A stretch of DNA of 62,999 nucleotides, filler included, from Hyphochytrium catenoides (taxonomy: Eukaryota; Protista; Hyphochytriomycota): the NCBI GenBank assembly GCA_900088475.1. It is 13 parts of 13 records of this genome, joined end to end, with 100 filler letters (N's around TTAATTAATTAA, not from the genome) between each part and the next. Parts side by side here need not be neighbours in the genome. Positions count along the whole stretch, not along the records: positions 17,301 to 35,529 come from FLMG01000661.1; positions 35,630 to 37,147 come from FLMG01003480.1; positions 37,248 to 39,208 come from FLMG01001766.1; positions 39,309 to 43,808 come from FLMG01004562.1; 9 more parts are not named here. One strand, 5' to 3'. Positions 24,290 to 40,914 of this stretch are shown piece by piece; within the stretch, counting starts at the first letter, position 1; the number at the start of each line of letters is the position of its first letter. The notes below the pieces were generated by a model, which did no database searches, was not told the DNA's origin, and saw only the letters and a list, made by a program, of their open reading frames with translations. The position numbers and the translations under genes are program-made.

Positions 24290-27200
24290 ATGGGCACAGA
24301 TCAGGTTACTAGCAATTCCACTCCTTCTCCTCTGGCTGAGGATGGGGAACCGTTTGTCATGTTAGACGATAATGGAGCAAGGGATGAAGAAATCCGGGAG
24401 CACTTCCGACGGCCTGCTTCCACAAGAAGGAAGACTGGACTCCTTCCCGTCATTCTCTTTGCTCTATCCCTACCCTTCTTGGGCCTCTGGATTGCGGTGG
24501 GGTTCATCCTTACTAGACCTCCCTGGCTACTGGCAGTCCTCTCCTGGATGGTGGTCGCTTTCTGCTGCTATCTTCCTGCACAACTAGGAGGTCCGTTAGA
24601 GGCAGGTCGAGGGCTAGTAGAAGGCTACAGCTTTCAGAGCACTATCTTAGGTAAGATCAGAGTAATCAAGAAAAAAAGACGTCCGCATGCCATCGTAGTA
24701 GAGATTTCCAAGCCTGAGATCAATCCTCGGGTGCATTCTTTGTGATTGTGTCTTTACTTTGCAGTTCCGTAGTCAGTGCTTACTTCATCCTTTGCTAATG
24801 CCACTCTGGCGTTACCTCTTTGAGCTCTCTCGCTGTTCACGTCACTACTCGATCACTTCATCTTTCACTGTCAGTGTTGGTCTCATCTCCTTCATGATAG
24901 TCCATGCAGGCATCATTGTTTGATTAGCTTTTCTCGTGCACGCGGTCTTTGTCCTCTTCTTGTTGCGCTAAGACCATTTTCCTAACAGATATACCTGCTA
25001 TGCTGTTGCTTATCCTGGCCCTCATGGTCACGCTCTCTCGAAGTCTTACTACGTACACACAGCGAGGCAAGGCTGTAGCGGTGTCTTTTACCCTTTTCGG
25101 CTTGAATTTGGCCTTCATCCTCGCCAAAGGCTTCCTCCTTGAGTCTTGGAGTACCAAGGCACCAGCCGTCGGTAGGGCGATCCGAACTATTTCTCACTAT
25201 CCAATGTGAGTTCTCTTGGCGCTTTATTGCTAGTCTTGCACGCTGGACGTTACTTTCGCTTAGCGGGACCTTACGTTGCTTAGATTACGGTATCCGTGGC
25301 GCTCTTTAGCAAACACCAGCCTTTCATCCCGATATCTGTGGTCTCGTTGAGCGTCAATTGACTGAGTTTGTGCTTCTTCTTGGTTCAACCTGTTCTGCGT
25401 TTCAAAGACCTCTCGTTGATGGTGTTTCTATGACTTTGCTGGACTTGTATGGCAGTTCACTGATGCTTGGTGGCCTATTACAGCGCTGCTATTGGTGCTC
25501 TCCGCCCTAAGCCCTTTACTGGTCGCGTGCTCTATTATCCGGTGCTGGCTCCCTCGGTACTTCGATCGACTAGAGGCTTTGGAAAAGGAGTTACTAGACA
25601 AAGAAATAGTTACCAAGCACCAGCTGGGTTATGAGCAGAAAATCATCGCAGGGCTAGGGACCATACATGTACCTTACAGTCCCAGCGGTGACAAGGTGGA
25701 GAATGGTGGAGGAGAGAAGAGCAAAGGACCCGCTCCCGTCATAGTTCTTCTTCATGGGTACGCCGCAGGGAATGGCTTTTGGTTAGCCAATCTAGCGTAT
25801 CTAGCTAGCCACTTTGAGGTGTATGCAGTCGAATGGCTGGGAGTAGGAAGAAGTCAGAGACCGGCCTTTAAGGCTTCTTCGGTGGGTCACTTTGCGAAAT
25901 TTCGGACTTGTTTCTTCCTCCTAAACTCTTCTCTCTCCGCTCACAACTTCTGCTGGTTCGAGTGCTGCGTAATAGCGTAGCCTCGCGACGCGTTCTTGGT
26001 TTGAATGGGTAGTACGTTTCCTCTCTTATACTTTTATTACCCTACGCAGTCCCTCATTGTCCATAGAAGTTGGCCTCCTGCTACAGCTATAATGTCTCAA
26101 CTCCATGTACTCTGCGCCTCCATTAATAGCGTCTCTGTGGATAACCTTCTCCCCTATCCCGCTAGTTTGAGGAGACAATCGACTTTTTTGTTGATCCACT
26201 CGAAGATTGGAGGATAGCCGTGGGACTCGAGAAGTTCATCATACTGGGGCATAGTATGGGGTGAGGTTTGTCTTGTCTTCCCTCATCGTAAAAGATCGTC
26301 AACTGGTCCGTGGCGGCTTTCCATGTCATTGTTTCGCTTGTTGTCGTAGTTTCTGTCTTCCATAGCTGTTTATCTCATGCAGCAGGCTCTCTTGTCACAT
26401 GTCTGCCCGTAGTACCTCGTCCCTTTAGACCACCGGTTGCTTGGGGACATAATGACCGTTGACTCCCTTGTTGTTTACCTCTCATGGCACGCGATTGCTC
26501 CTGCAGAGCTATATATTCCACCTACTACGCTTTAAAGTACCAAGACAGAGTCTCGCATCTGATTTTGGGTAAGTTGATCCAACCGCCTACCCTGCTAGTG
26601 ATCCATTGTCGATTAAGTTCTCTCGTCAAAGAGTATCTTCATTTGCTATCTTTGAGTGGTGATATTTCATGAAGTCGCCATAGTATACTTGCTTGGAAGG
26701 TGCAGTCACTTCCATCTCCTACGTTGGTGTATCTTCTATATAACTACGACCTTCGCATTAATTCACCCTGTCGCAGCAAGCCCAGCGGGGATGGGAGCGA
26801 GACCGGAAGAAGACGCTTTCGCAAGAAAAAATTTAGCTGTCCGTCTCGTTATTGCTCTTTGGGGTTTGGCGATTGGTCCAATGGCGGTAGTCCGCTGGGC
26901 AGGACCACTTGGGCCATGGCTGATGGGAACGATAGCGAACAGAAGGATGGAGGTAAGAGACGGATTGAATGACTGCTCTTCTGTTGACAAATTGCTCGTC
27001 ATCTATGAACTTTCCTTCGGTTTGCTCTAACATGTAAAAGCGATACCTTTAACTTACTCTTGGTTCCATCCCAAGCGTTCATTGGTCCAGACGGAGTTAC
27101 TCCAGCGTCTTACCTCTCGTTTGCCCTAAACAGTGGATGCCAAAGACTAGCTATCTTCGCTCAGGAGAGGTGGATCTGCCTCTCCTTATCTCCTATACAT

Positions 27201-27704
27201 ATCAGAATTGGGCGCATGAAGCCTCAGGGGAGCTTTGCCTTCCTCTGATCCTAGCTCCAGGAGCCTATGCGCAGCGCCCATTAGACAAAGTCATCCGTCC
27301 TGGAGCTCTCTCCTGTCCACTCTCCATCATGTAAGAGAAGACATACGGACAGAGCGCCAGCTTTGGCTGAGTCCTTTCGTTCTGCATTGCCGTATCTTTT
27401 GCTATACTCTCCTCTCCGAGTTCTCTTCTCTCCCAACTTGACTGTTCTGGAGTCAACCATCAGGTGCTTACGATTGTTTATGGTTCGCGGCTCCCGCGTG
27501 TGTGCATGCAGGTATGGCGGAGGACCGGACTGGATGACGAAAGAGCATGGACAGGCTGTAGTAGAGACATTGCGGAAGGCAGGCGAACCAGTGGACTTTC
27601 TCTTGGTGCCCTATGCGGGCCATCAAGTCTTTCTTGATAGCCCTAAAGAGTTCAACGCAATGGTTGTAAAGACCACCAGGAAACTAGGCACTCTGAAGCT
27701 CTAA
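24290..27704 (+). CDS. ABHD4/ABHD5 (CGI-58/Ict1/Cld1)-like alpha/beta hydrolase-acyltransferase with N-terminal multi-TM region
   Basis: Spliced motifs [40 protein letters not shown] (GxSxG intact), [14 protein letters not shown]|[22 protein letters not shown] (HX4D); stop at 27704. Upstream hydrophobic exons 24290-24650 and ~24989-25167 join in phase (less certain). Confidence 0.85.
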
Positions 27705-29075
27705 CCGCCGGAGGGAAGCTTTTCAGTGGATTTAATAGTACTTGACAGGCTGGAAATAACAGCTCTAGACAGGAAATGTTCGAAAAAGATACTTTCTTCT
27801 CTTCTCGAGCTCATGCCAGTGCATCTACCACGCCAGATGCAGCGGAACAAGTGGTCAAAATCACGTGTGGCGAAAATTGGAAAAGGAACAGCGCCTGCTG
27901 CAAAAAAAGAGAGACCTTGCAAGGCTAGCTCCGCCAAGGGCAACGGCAAGACTATTCATAAAGAGGGTGCAAGAGTGATGTGGCTTTTTAATAAGAGATA
28001 CGTAAGGGAACACAACCTGAAGGCAGCTTTGAAGATCGTAGGTAGAAAAAGTAGAGGTCGACAAGAAAGATTCACAGATCGTTCTGCTCAAGGTCTGGCA
28101 TGTCCGCTTTAAGCACTTCTAGATTAGGGACACAGCCTCTTTTTATAAAGCCCTTGATAGCAAATAGGTAAAGCGCGTATTGACAGCGCATGAAGGAGAT
28201 ATGGCTCCCAGGCCTTACGTCAGTTGGGTGGCCTCCTCTCTACACTTACCTAGCTCCGACGGGCCGCCTGAACCTCTTCTTTGCACTAGTTGAGACCTGT
28301 TGTTGACGAAAGAGCCTCCAGAGTGGTCTCTGTGTGTGTGTTGAGTCTATTGTATGAATCTTTTTATGGACGGCGATGGGAAGCTCGATGAGAAGCTAAG
28401 GCGATGAGAAACGGATGCACTCACTTGCTCCTCGGTCTCAATGATCTCTTTGAAGCTTCGTCTGCAGAGCTTGAAGACTGAACCTCCGATACCGCTACAT
28501 TCATGATTCTCAGTGATACAATCTACATATTCAAAAGGAGGAGGATACCTATTCCGAATAATTAGGTCCAGCTTTAGTGTACCCATTCCCACCCATCCCT
28601 TAGTTATGGCCTCGAATAACTTTGGGCCTAACCACATCCCCAAAAGATATATGGCGAAGACTATGCCCGAGAGGCCGGAGTTACTCACCCCGTCCTAGAG
28701 TTTACAGGGGGCTAACCCCCACAAGTCGGGGGCACGTCTGGTCTGCACACAGTCATTTTGAGGGAAAAGTTGCTGAAGAGCTTTCGCAGATCTCTGCCAC
28801 GATGTGAGACTGAGATCCCAAACGAAGATCATCTATCGCATAAGGGCTTCCTGACAGGGAAAGCTCCATCCTTGAGAAAGGGGACAAAAGCAGCTAAGAA
28901 TAGTCCACAAGGAACTAGCTGAGGCGATCAACAAAGGCTACGTTGGAGAAAGGCGCACTGATCTGTCCTTGGCGCGACTTCTAACTTCAAGGTTGGCACA
29001 TTTGGGTCATCTTCTTGAAGGGCTATGGCTGTTCTCACGTTCATTGATCTACGCATCCCCATCTGCTTAACCTAG

Positions 29076-33350
<4,275 letters not shown>

Positions 33351-33731
33351 AGAGCTAGCCAGTATATGGACCAGAGAAGACACATGTAAGGAAGATAGGA
33401 AACAGATCAAGGCAGCAGTAAGCGGAAGACAACTAAGCGAGTGTTTGAGACTAGATCTGCCTTTACGCCTATCTCCTAAAAGTAAAGCAGAGCAGCTTGC
33501 CGCATAGCTTAGCATCAGCAGACCCCATTTGGCTCTCCGGCCTTCCACCAAGGCGCAGCGCCTGATGGTGAGAATAGCGCTGCAGTGGCTCGAACATTGT
33601 ACTATGTAATGTCAAGGGAGTTTGTGAGATAGACCTAAAGCAGAAAGGATGACAAAGCATGGGGGAGAGCGCGGTAAGGGCACCGAGGATAATGGGCCGC
33701 GTAGGAGAGAGAGAGAGAAGTAGCACACACC

Positions 33732-35297
33732 TTATTGGAAAACTTTGCCCTGGTAGTTCTCCTCAGAGTAAAAGGTGCAAATAACATTCTTCCCATCAAA
33801 AAGGCGACCATGTAACGCTCCCAGCGCCTGAAGGGAGGAGGGGTGAGAACAAAGTCGTCACAAAAGCAGCTCCTTGTATTCGCTGTCATCTCTGATTTAC
33901 CAGCTCCCGCCCTAATCCTTCCCAAACTTCCTCCTATCCCTGTTCTTCAGGAATAAGCACACAACAGTTACTAGCTTCATCACCTACGCACAATGACAGC
34001 CCCTCCTCACTCCTCTTACGCTTCTGACAGGAGTCTTCTAGCTCACCTTTGCTGCCTCTTCAGTGTTCTCAAACTCAACGAACACACATCCGAGCGCAGG
34101 AACTTCTTTTCCTTCCTCTCCAGGTTTTTGCACGTGGTAGGAAACGACCTTTCCATATTTAGCACACTCGTCATTGATCTCCTCCCCAAGCTCATCCCAC
34201 TCTCCTTCCTCCATGCCCTGAGGGGAAGAAACAAGGTTGGCGAGCTTGATTATCTTGGAAGGATTCTTCAGCGTCAGGCCGAGAGACTTGTTGGCCATAG
34301 CTTCAGCCACCACCTCATCCCAGGACCTGCGGGAGACAGAGTGATGAGGAACCGTAAAATATCGTCAATGCCCCTAACCTCGCAGCCCTATGGGCTCACT
34401 TTTTCCAATTTTACACCTGCTCCCTAGGCCCGCCGTCCCATCAGTTTATCTAAACTTCCGCCGCTCACGCTTCGTGCATCAAACCTCACATCGTCCTGAC
34501 GTCCTCCACTTCCCGCCCTAACTCTAAGTCTTCCGTGTGCCACCTCTGCAGCCCCCCAACCCTATAAATACTCACTTGACAGGTCCCTGAGGTCCAGTGT
34601 ATTTGGCTGGCCTTCCAACTTTCAGATTCTGGCCCATGAAGGGGATGCCATTCAAGCTCAACATGTTGTTGGCCTCTTCTACGCTGCGCAACTCCACGAA
34701 CGCGTATTTGTCGTTCATTCGTGCTGTCACAATGGGGTTACCTGGAGCAGTAGTGAGATGCACCTGCTCCATAGCTGCCCCAAGGAACTCCACGAAGACC
34801 TGCAACGAGGAAGGACATTATGAGGTGTGGGAGCGGGACAGAACGCAAACGCAACGTATAGAATACAAGGCCCGGCTTTTTGTGTGAAAAGGAGAAGAGA
34901 ACACCAGCTGATAAGTGAACGGACAAATCGCCGTAAAGCTAGGACATCCTCTAAAAGTGCAGAGCTGGTTCTATTCCTAGCTTACCTTCTCATCGACGCC
35001 AGGCGGTGTATTGCCTATAAAGAGTTCTCTTGCAACCTTTGTCGCTGAATCAGTGACAGCTAGCGCGTCCGAAGGCAGTGGAGCCTCGCCTTTCAGTTCC
35101 TGCCAAGTCTTGTGCTCTGTCTGGGGTCCTGTATACTTGGTGGGGCGGCCTATTCTCAAATAGTTGCCCATAAAGGGGATGCCTGTAAGATTGAGCATGT
35201 TTGAAGCTTCTTCTACGGAACGGAGCTCTACAAAGGCGAACTTAGGATTCAGCCGGCACGTTACAATTGGGTTGCCCGGACTGGTGTTGAGCTTCAT
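33732..35297 (-). CDS. Splicing factor U2AF large subunit (U2AF65)-like, 5'-partial
   Basis: RRM segments KFAFVELRSVEEASNMLNLTGIPFMG..RIGRP, ARELFIGNTPPG, KYAFVELRSVEEANNMLSLNGIPFMG..KVGRP. C-terminal UHM KLANLV..EEINDECAKYGKV..GCVFVEF|ALGALHGRLFDGKNVICTFYSEENYQGKVFQ* (TAA at 33734-33732). Confidence 0.88.
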
Positions 35298-35629
35298 CTA
35301 AGGAATAAAGTGCCTATGTAAGTCTGCGTAATAGAGGAAGGCAGGGAGCCAGAGAAAGATGATAGAATAAGGGAAGCAGAGGGCTTTGGCAGACAAAGAG
35401 GGACGGAGAGTAATGGCATGGGGAGAGCGGCAGCGGGAAGATAGGCAGCAGAAAGTGCGATGCGAAATGGGGAAAGAATTTGAGGAGGAAGGGGGCGGGC
35501 AAAGCAGGTGCGCGAAACAACGCGCAGGGNNNNNNNNNNNNNNNNNNNNNNNNNNNNNNNNNNNNNNNNNNNNTTAATTAATTAANNNNNNNNNNNNNNN
35601 NNNNNNNNNNNNNNNNNNNNNNNNNNNNN

Positions 35630-36115
35630 TTTCTCTCTCTCTTTTCTCTTTTGCTCTCCCTCTCTCTCTCTTTCTCTCTCTTTCTCTCTCTGGTTCCTTT
35701 ATATACTTGCTAGTGCTTCTCACTATGTCTCTCTTGTCCTTTGTCCTTTCTTTCTCTCTTCTCCGCTCCTCTCTTCTCTTTCTCCCGCCTCCCTTTCTCT
35801 CTCTCTCTCTCGTTTCCTTGTCCTCTCTCCCTCTCTCCTTTATCTATCTCGGCCTTACCTCCTCTCTCTCTTCCCTACCGTCATAATGCTTTCATGAGCT
35901 GTTGGCGAGTAATGCTTGACCCTCCCAAATCTCTCTCTCCTTATCTCTCTCTCTCTCTCTCTCTCTTCCTTTTTCCTCTCTCTCTCTCATTATAATAGCG
36001 CTTCAAGATAATTCGCCCCGGGCAGCTTGTTATTGACTTGGGAGCCGCGCCAGGAGGATGGACGCAGGTAGAATCTCTCTGTTTTCTGCCTCTCTCTCTT
36101 TCCTCTCTCTCTTTC

Positions 36116-36146
<31 letters not shown>

Positions 36147-36898
36147 GTCCCCTAGCTTTGCTTTCTCTCTCTATTTTCTCTCGCCCCCACATCCGTCTTT
36201 CTCTCTTTCCTTCGCTCTGTCACTCTCTATATTTGCCTCTCTGTCTCTTTCTCTCTCCTTTGCTGCTCTTCCCCTCTGTCATTCTGACCCGTGTCCTTCT
36301 CTCTCTCTCTCTCTCTCTCTCTCCCTTCTCTCATCCTTCTTCTTCCTCTTCTCTCTCTTTCTCTCTCTTCTCTCTCTCTCTCTCTTCTTTCTCTCTCTAG
36401 GTGGCTGCGGAGGTCGTGAGCGGAGAGAGAGGGAGAAAGAGAGAGAGAGAAGGTCTGGTGGTGGCTGTGGATCTGCTGGAGATGGATCCTCTCCCTTCCT
36501 CTGTCATTATAACAGGAGACTTTAGGCTGAGAGACACCAGGAGAGAGATTGACGAGGCGCTGCAGGGGGAGAAAGTCCATGCAGGTGAGGAAGAGAGAGA
36601 GAGAGGAGAGAGATAGGGAAAGAGAGAAAAAGAGAGAGAGGAGATAGGATGCAGGAAAGAAGAGAGGAATAGTGAAAGAGCGAGAGGGGAAATGGAGATA
36701 ACGATAGGAACAGAAATAGAGGGAAAGAGTGAGCAGAAAGGAGAGAGAGAAAGACCGAGAGAGAGAGAGAGACCGAGAGAGAGAGAGACAAAAGAGAGGA
36801 GAGACGACCAACGTCACAAAAGCCAACAGTATTCTCTTCCTTGTCTGTGCCTCATGATTTCCTCTTCTCTCTGTGATTCAGATCGTTTCTCTTTCCTC

Positions 36899-36943
<45 letters not shown>

Positions 36944-37147
36944 CCACCATCGCTCCTCTTCTCTTAGCCCTGTCCATCTGACACTCTCTCGGTCCCTCTC
37001 TCTCTATTCTTTCTCCCATCTGTGTTCTTTCTCTCCCTCTCTGTTCTTTCTCTTTTCTCTCTCTCTCTCTCTCTCTCTCTCAGTGATCAATGACATGGCT
37101 CCGTCCTTCACTGGCGTTCACTCTGTGGACCACGAGCGGCAGGTGAC
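35630..37147. repeat. (CT)n/(GA)n microsatellite-dense DNA, representative block (also ~1-130, 460-515, 1340-1570, 5750-5870, 8735-8810, 16560-16760)
   Basis: Long imperfect CT/GA tracts. They produce most of the LSLSLS/RERERE ORFs in the track. Confidence 0.95.
35999..37142 (+). CDS. RlmE/FtsJ/MRM2-family rRNA 2'-O-methyltransferase, internal fragment
   Basis: Exons RFKIIRPGQLVIDLGAAPGGWTQ | VAAEVV..VVAVDLLEMDPL..ITGDF | INDMAPSFTGVHSVDHERQ, separated by (CT)n introns. Both ends are truncated by linkers. Confidence 0.88.
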
Positions 37148-37247
37148 NNNNNNNNNNNNNNNNNNNNNNNNNNNNNNNNNNNNNNNNNNNNTTAATTAAT
37201 TAANNNNNNNNNNNNNNNNNNNNNNNNNNNNNNNNNNNNNNNNNNNN

Positions 37248-37322
37248 GAGAGACAGAGGAAGGGCGGGAGAAGAGAGACAGAGGAAGGGCGGGAGAAGAG
37301 AGACAGAGGAAGGGCGGGAGAA
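37248..37322. repeat. 25-bp minisatellite x3 (GAGAGACAGAGGAAGGGCGGGAGAA)
   Basis: Three exact tandem copies at the contig start. Confidence 0.85.
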
Positions 37323-40300
37323 GAGAGACAGAGAGAACGGGAGAAGAGAGACAGCAGAGAGAGAGAAAATAAGAATGGTGTTAGCATGGTTCCGCAAAGG
37401 AAAAGGCGGAAGAGAGGAAGGATAGGGTCATTCACCCTCCTCATCCGTCTCGAAGAAGAGTAGGAATGGACTGAAGAGTAAGTGGTGAAGGATTTTAGAA
37501 GGATAAGAGAGGAGAAAAGAGGGACAGATAACAAGAGAGAAAGCAAAGTGACGAGAGAGAGAGAGAGAGAGCAGAGACCAAGAAAGAGAAAGACGCACAG
37601 AGAGAGAAATAATGGGAGTGAGAAATAAAAGAATGAGAACGCGGGAGTGAGGCGGGGAAGGTAGAGACAGGACAAGACAGAGAAAAGCCAGGGAGAAAGA
37701 GAGAACCAAAGAGAGGAAAGAGATGTTATCGTGCATAGGGCATTGAAGGAGGAGGCAAAAAGCCCATAGGAGTAGAGTCAACGTCTGTGCCTTACCTCGC
37801 GGTCAAACTCGCAGAATCTCTTATACAAGTGCACCAGATCCTCAGTAGAGACTACCAGGATGGCGGATAGCGGAGGGCCGCAAGAGAGAGAGAGAGAGAG
37901 ACCGGCAGAGAAGAGACGCAGAGGGAGGGAGAGGGAGAGACTCGTGAGTAAGGTCGGACAGCCAGAGAGATGCGGCGCAAGAAGCACTGCTGATCGTCTT
38001 GACTTTCTTACGCATATAAAGCTTGAGGACATTCTCCACTCTGGAGGGCAAAAGGAGGAGTGGGGCAAAGCAGAGCATTTGCGTGAGAGAGAGAAGTAGG
38101 CGAGGACGGCTTGACCAAGATCGAGACGAAGAAGAGTCTGAGGACAGAGAGTAAAGCCTGAAGAACAATGAACCCCAAACTGGAGACAGGAATGGAAAGG
38201 AGATAAAGGGGAACGAAGGGTGAGAGTGTACAGAGAGAAGAGAGAGAGAGAGAGAGAGAGCACAGAGACAGGGAGATCTTTGACCGGTAGACGTGCAGGG
38301 CAAGGAGAGAAAAAGATAAAAGAAAGTCACAAAGCTGAGAACAGCGGGAGAAGAAGCTCTCATCGTCTAACCTTTCATCGATCTCAGGCAAGATAACCTT
38401 GCTCTTCCAGTTCAGCAGACCCATGATGGTGATGACGGCGTTGCTTCACCTCGGTCACGGTCTTAGGTCTCAGGTGGTGGTCTCCCTCACATGGCAGTCC
38501 TTTGAGCAGAGGAAGGAGAAGAGATAGGACACTGCCGCCACCATCCCCACCTCCGGCTTGCCCTCAATCAAGGCTTCTATTATGATCGCCCTTCCTTCCC
38601 GCTGTTGGACTCTTGGAGCTTCTCTTTCTCCTCCTACTTGCTGCTAGCGGCTTGCAACGCTTACGGCGTCCTCAGGTGGACGCTGCAGCCTCAGCCCCGA
38701 TGCAGAAAGAGCTCCGCTTCTCGTCGCCTTCTCTCCTGTCAGCTTCCTTCTTCTTCCAGCCCACGTTCTGCTTCTCCTTGTTCTCTCTTGTCTCCTCTTC
38801 TGCTGTCTCTTTCTCTTCCTCCGATAGTCTTCTTCCCTGGCCTTCGATGGCTAGCGAGCAGCTTGGTAGCTGCGCTGCCATCTCCTCCTCCCTCTCCATC
38901 CGTCCTTCCTCCAGAGACAGGAGGAGGGAGCCGCCACCAGACAGCAGTGCTGCATGAGTTGCCCTATGGCCGTGGATGGATGGATGGGTCTATCATCCCT
39001 GGTTTCGGGTGCTGGAAACGTTTTGGTTCTCGCAGGACGGAATAGTGTCTGTTAGTGACAGTGGACAAGAAAAAAGGTTGTCCTATCGTGCAGTCGTTGC
39101 TGACCCACTACTTTCTGCTTGATACAATGGCCATTGCCAAACTATTATGTCTTTGGGCAGGGGCCCGGCGGGGGTAGTTGTGTCCTTCCTCTGTCTTATT
39201 GATGCTCCNNNNNNNNNNNNNNNNNNNNNNNNNNNNNNNNNNNNNNNNNNNNTTAATTAATTAANNNNNNNNNNNNNNNNNNNNNNNNNNNNNNNNNNNN
39301 NNNNNNNNCATCACCATTTGATATCGCTCGCTCCATAAATCTCAGTTCCTCAAATAAAACATCATCTTATTACTATGTCAACTTGCACATTTTGTGAGTA
39401 TAAGGGTAACTCTTAGAGTAGCACGTGACCATGAAGCCTTCAATTCAGAAGCATTGGTTCAAAGGGAGGCGGGGGAGCCCTGTTATGTCTGTGATTGTAA
39501 CAGGACACAGCTAGGAGAAGGTAGTAGCAGGCTACTTTACCTTCTTTTCTGTAGTGGGCGCTCGGCTCAGCATCGTTGACTGTCCCCCAGACGAAGAGAA
39601 AAAGATTGCCGATGTTGAAGGACGACGCATTTTGGCTAGGAGGCTACGCACGCAACTGCAAGTGTCCTTATAAATTGGTGCCAATCATTGCTGGACCAAT
39701 GACTCATCGACCGCCCGATAGTAGCCCTACTATAGCCTCTACGTAATGATCGTGACACGCGCAATTTGTGCCATCTCAACCGACCTTCTTCACCGGGAAC
39801 CGAAGGAAGAAAGACGAAGATGCTGGCATCACACCTCCGCAGGGCGATGAAGGAATGATCAGAGATGAGAAGCCTCCAGACCGATCTGAGGATCTTCACA
39901 TATCGCTCAGCTGATAGATCGAGATGACCTTCACATGTGGCCACATGTTGTATGTCACTAACAGCATAACAACACGTACTGTGGACAGTACAAGCCTTGT
40001 TTCCCGTGTTATTTACTTAAAGCCTCTTCTGCCCTTTTTTGGCTCTCTTTTACTCTACCCCCTACTACAATATCTCCTTAGCTTACTTCCACTCTGTTTC
40101 TCTGTGTTTCTTCTTTCGCTCAGTCATTTTGTATTTTACAATCCAATCGTTCGCACAAATATCTACGTAGCGTTTTGCTCTCTGTCTAGCAGCCTCTGGA
40201 CCGCCCAGCCTTGATAATATAGGTTTCCCGTCAAAATCATACCTCACCTCGACTCTGTCTTGTGTCCAACTGCCACCCTCCACATTCCACTACAGAACAC

Positions 40301-40914
40301 ACAACAACAGACAAAATAATAGTCTCCTGAGCATTAGCCATCCCTCATAGAACCAAGCCCAGAACGCGACGGTGGGTAATAAAGCTAGAATCGCTAACAT
40401 TATCTTAGCGTAACGGCGCATACTAGGCGCGTCCATTGTCAGCATCTGCAGCTGGAGCGGCGACAGAGAAGTTTCCTCGCCAGCTCTTCAATAAACTGTG
40501 CCCTCGACAGAAGACAGAGATGGACAGACCCACAAAGACATCTTAGCTTGTCAGATCTTGCGATTGGTTCTCCTCGCGTCATCTTCCTTTTCAATAAGAG
40601 ACGAAGAGAAGGGATCAGGCAGAGATTGACGAGTTTGTTCCTAATAGTAGCAGAAGTCTGAGCTGGCGTGCCCTCTGTTATAGGAGAAAGCGATACTCAG
40701 GCAAGACAGCCGTACCGAATCAAGAAGCTTTCCATTACCTCCTTTGGGCAACCGATTGGCTCCTTGAAGTCAAAGACAACTTCCTTCTTTCGCCAGGACA
40801 CCAGGACAGTTGGGCCAAGCGACTGTACTTGTCGCAGTGGTTCTTGGCAGTAAGTCCGCGTCACAAGACCTCTTCAGGCCCAGCTACAGGTCCTTTACAT
40901 TCGAGGAGGACAGA

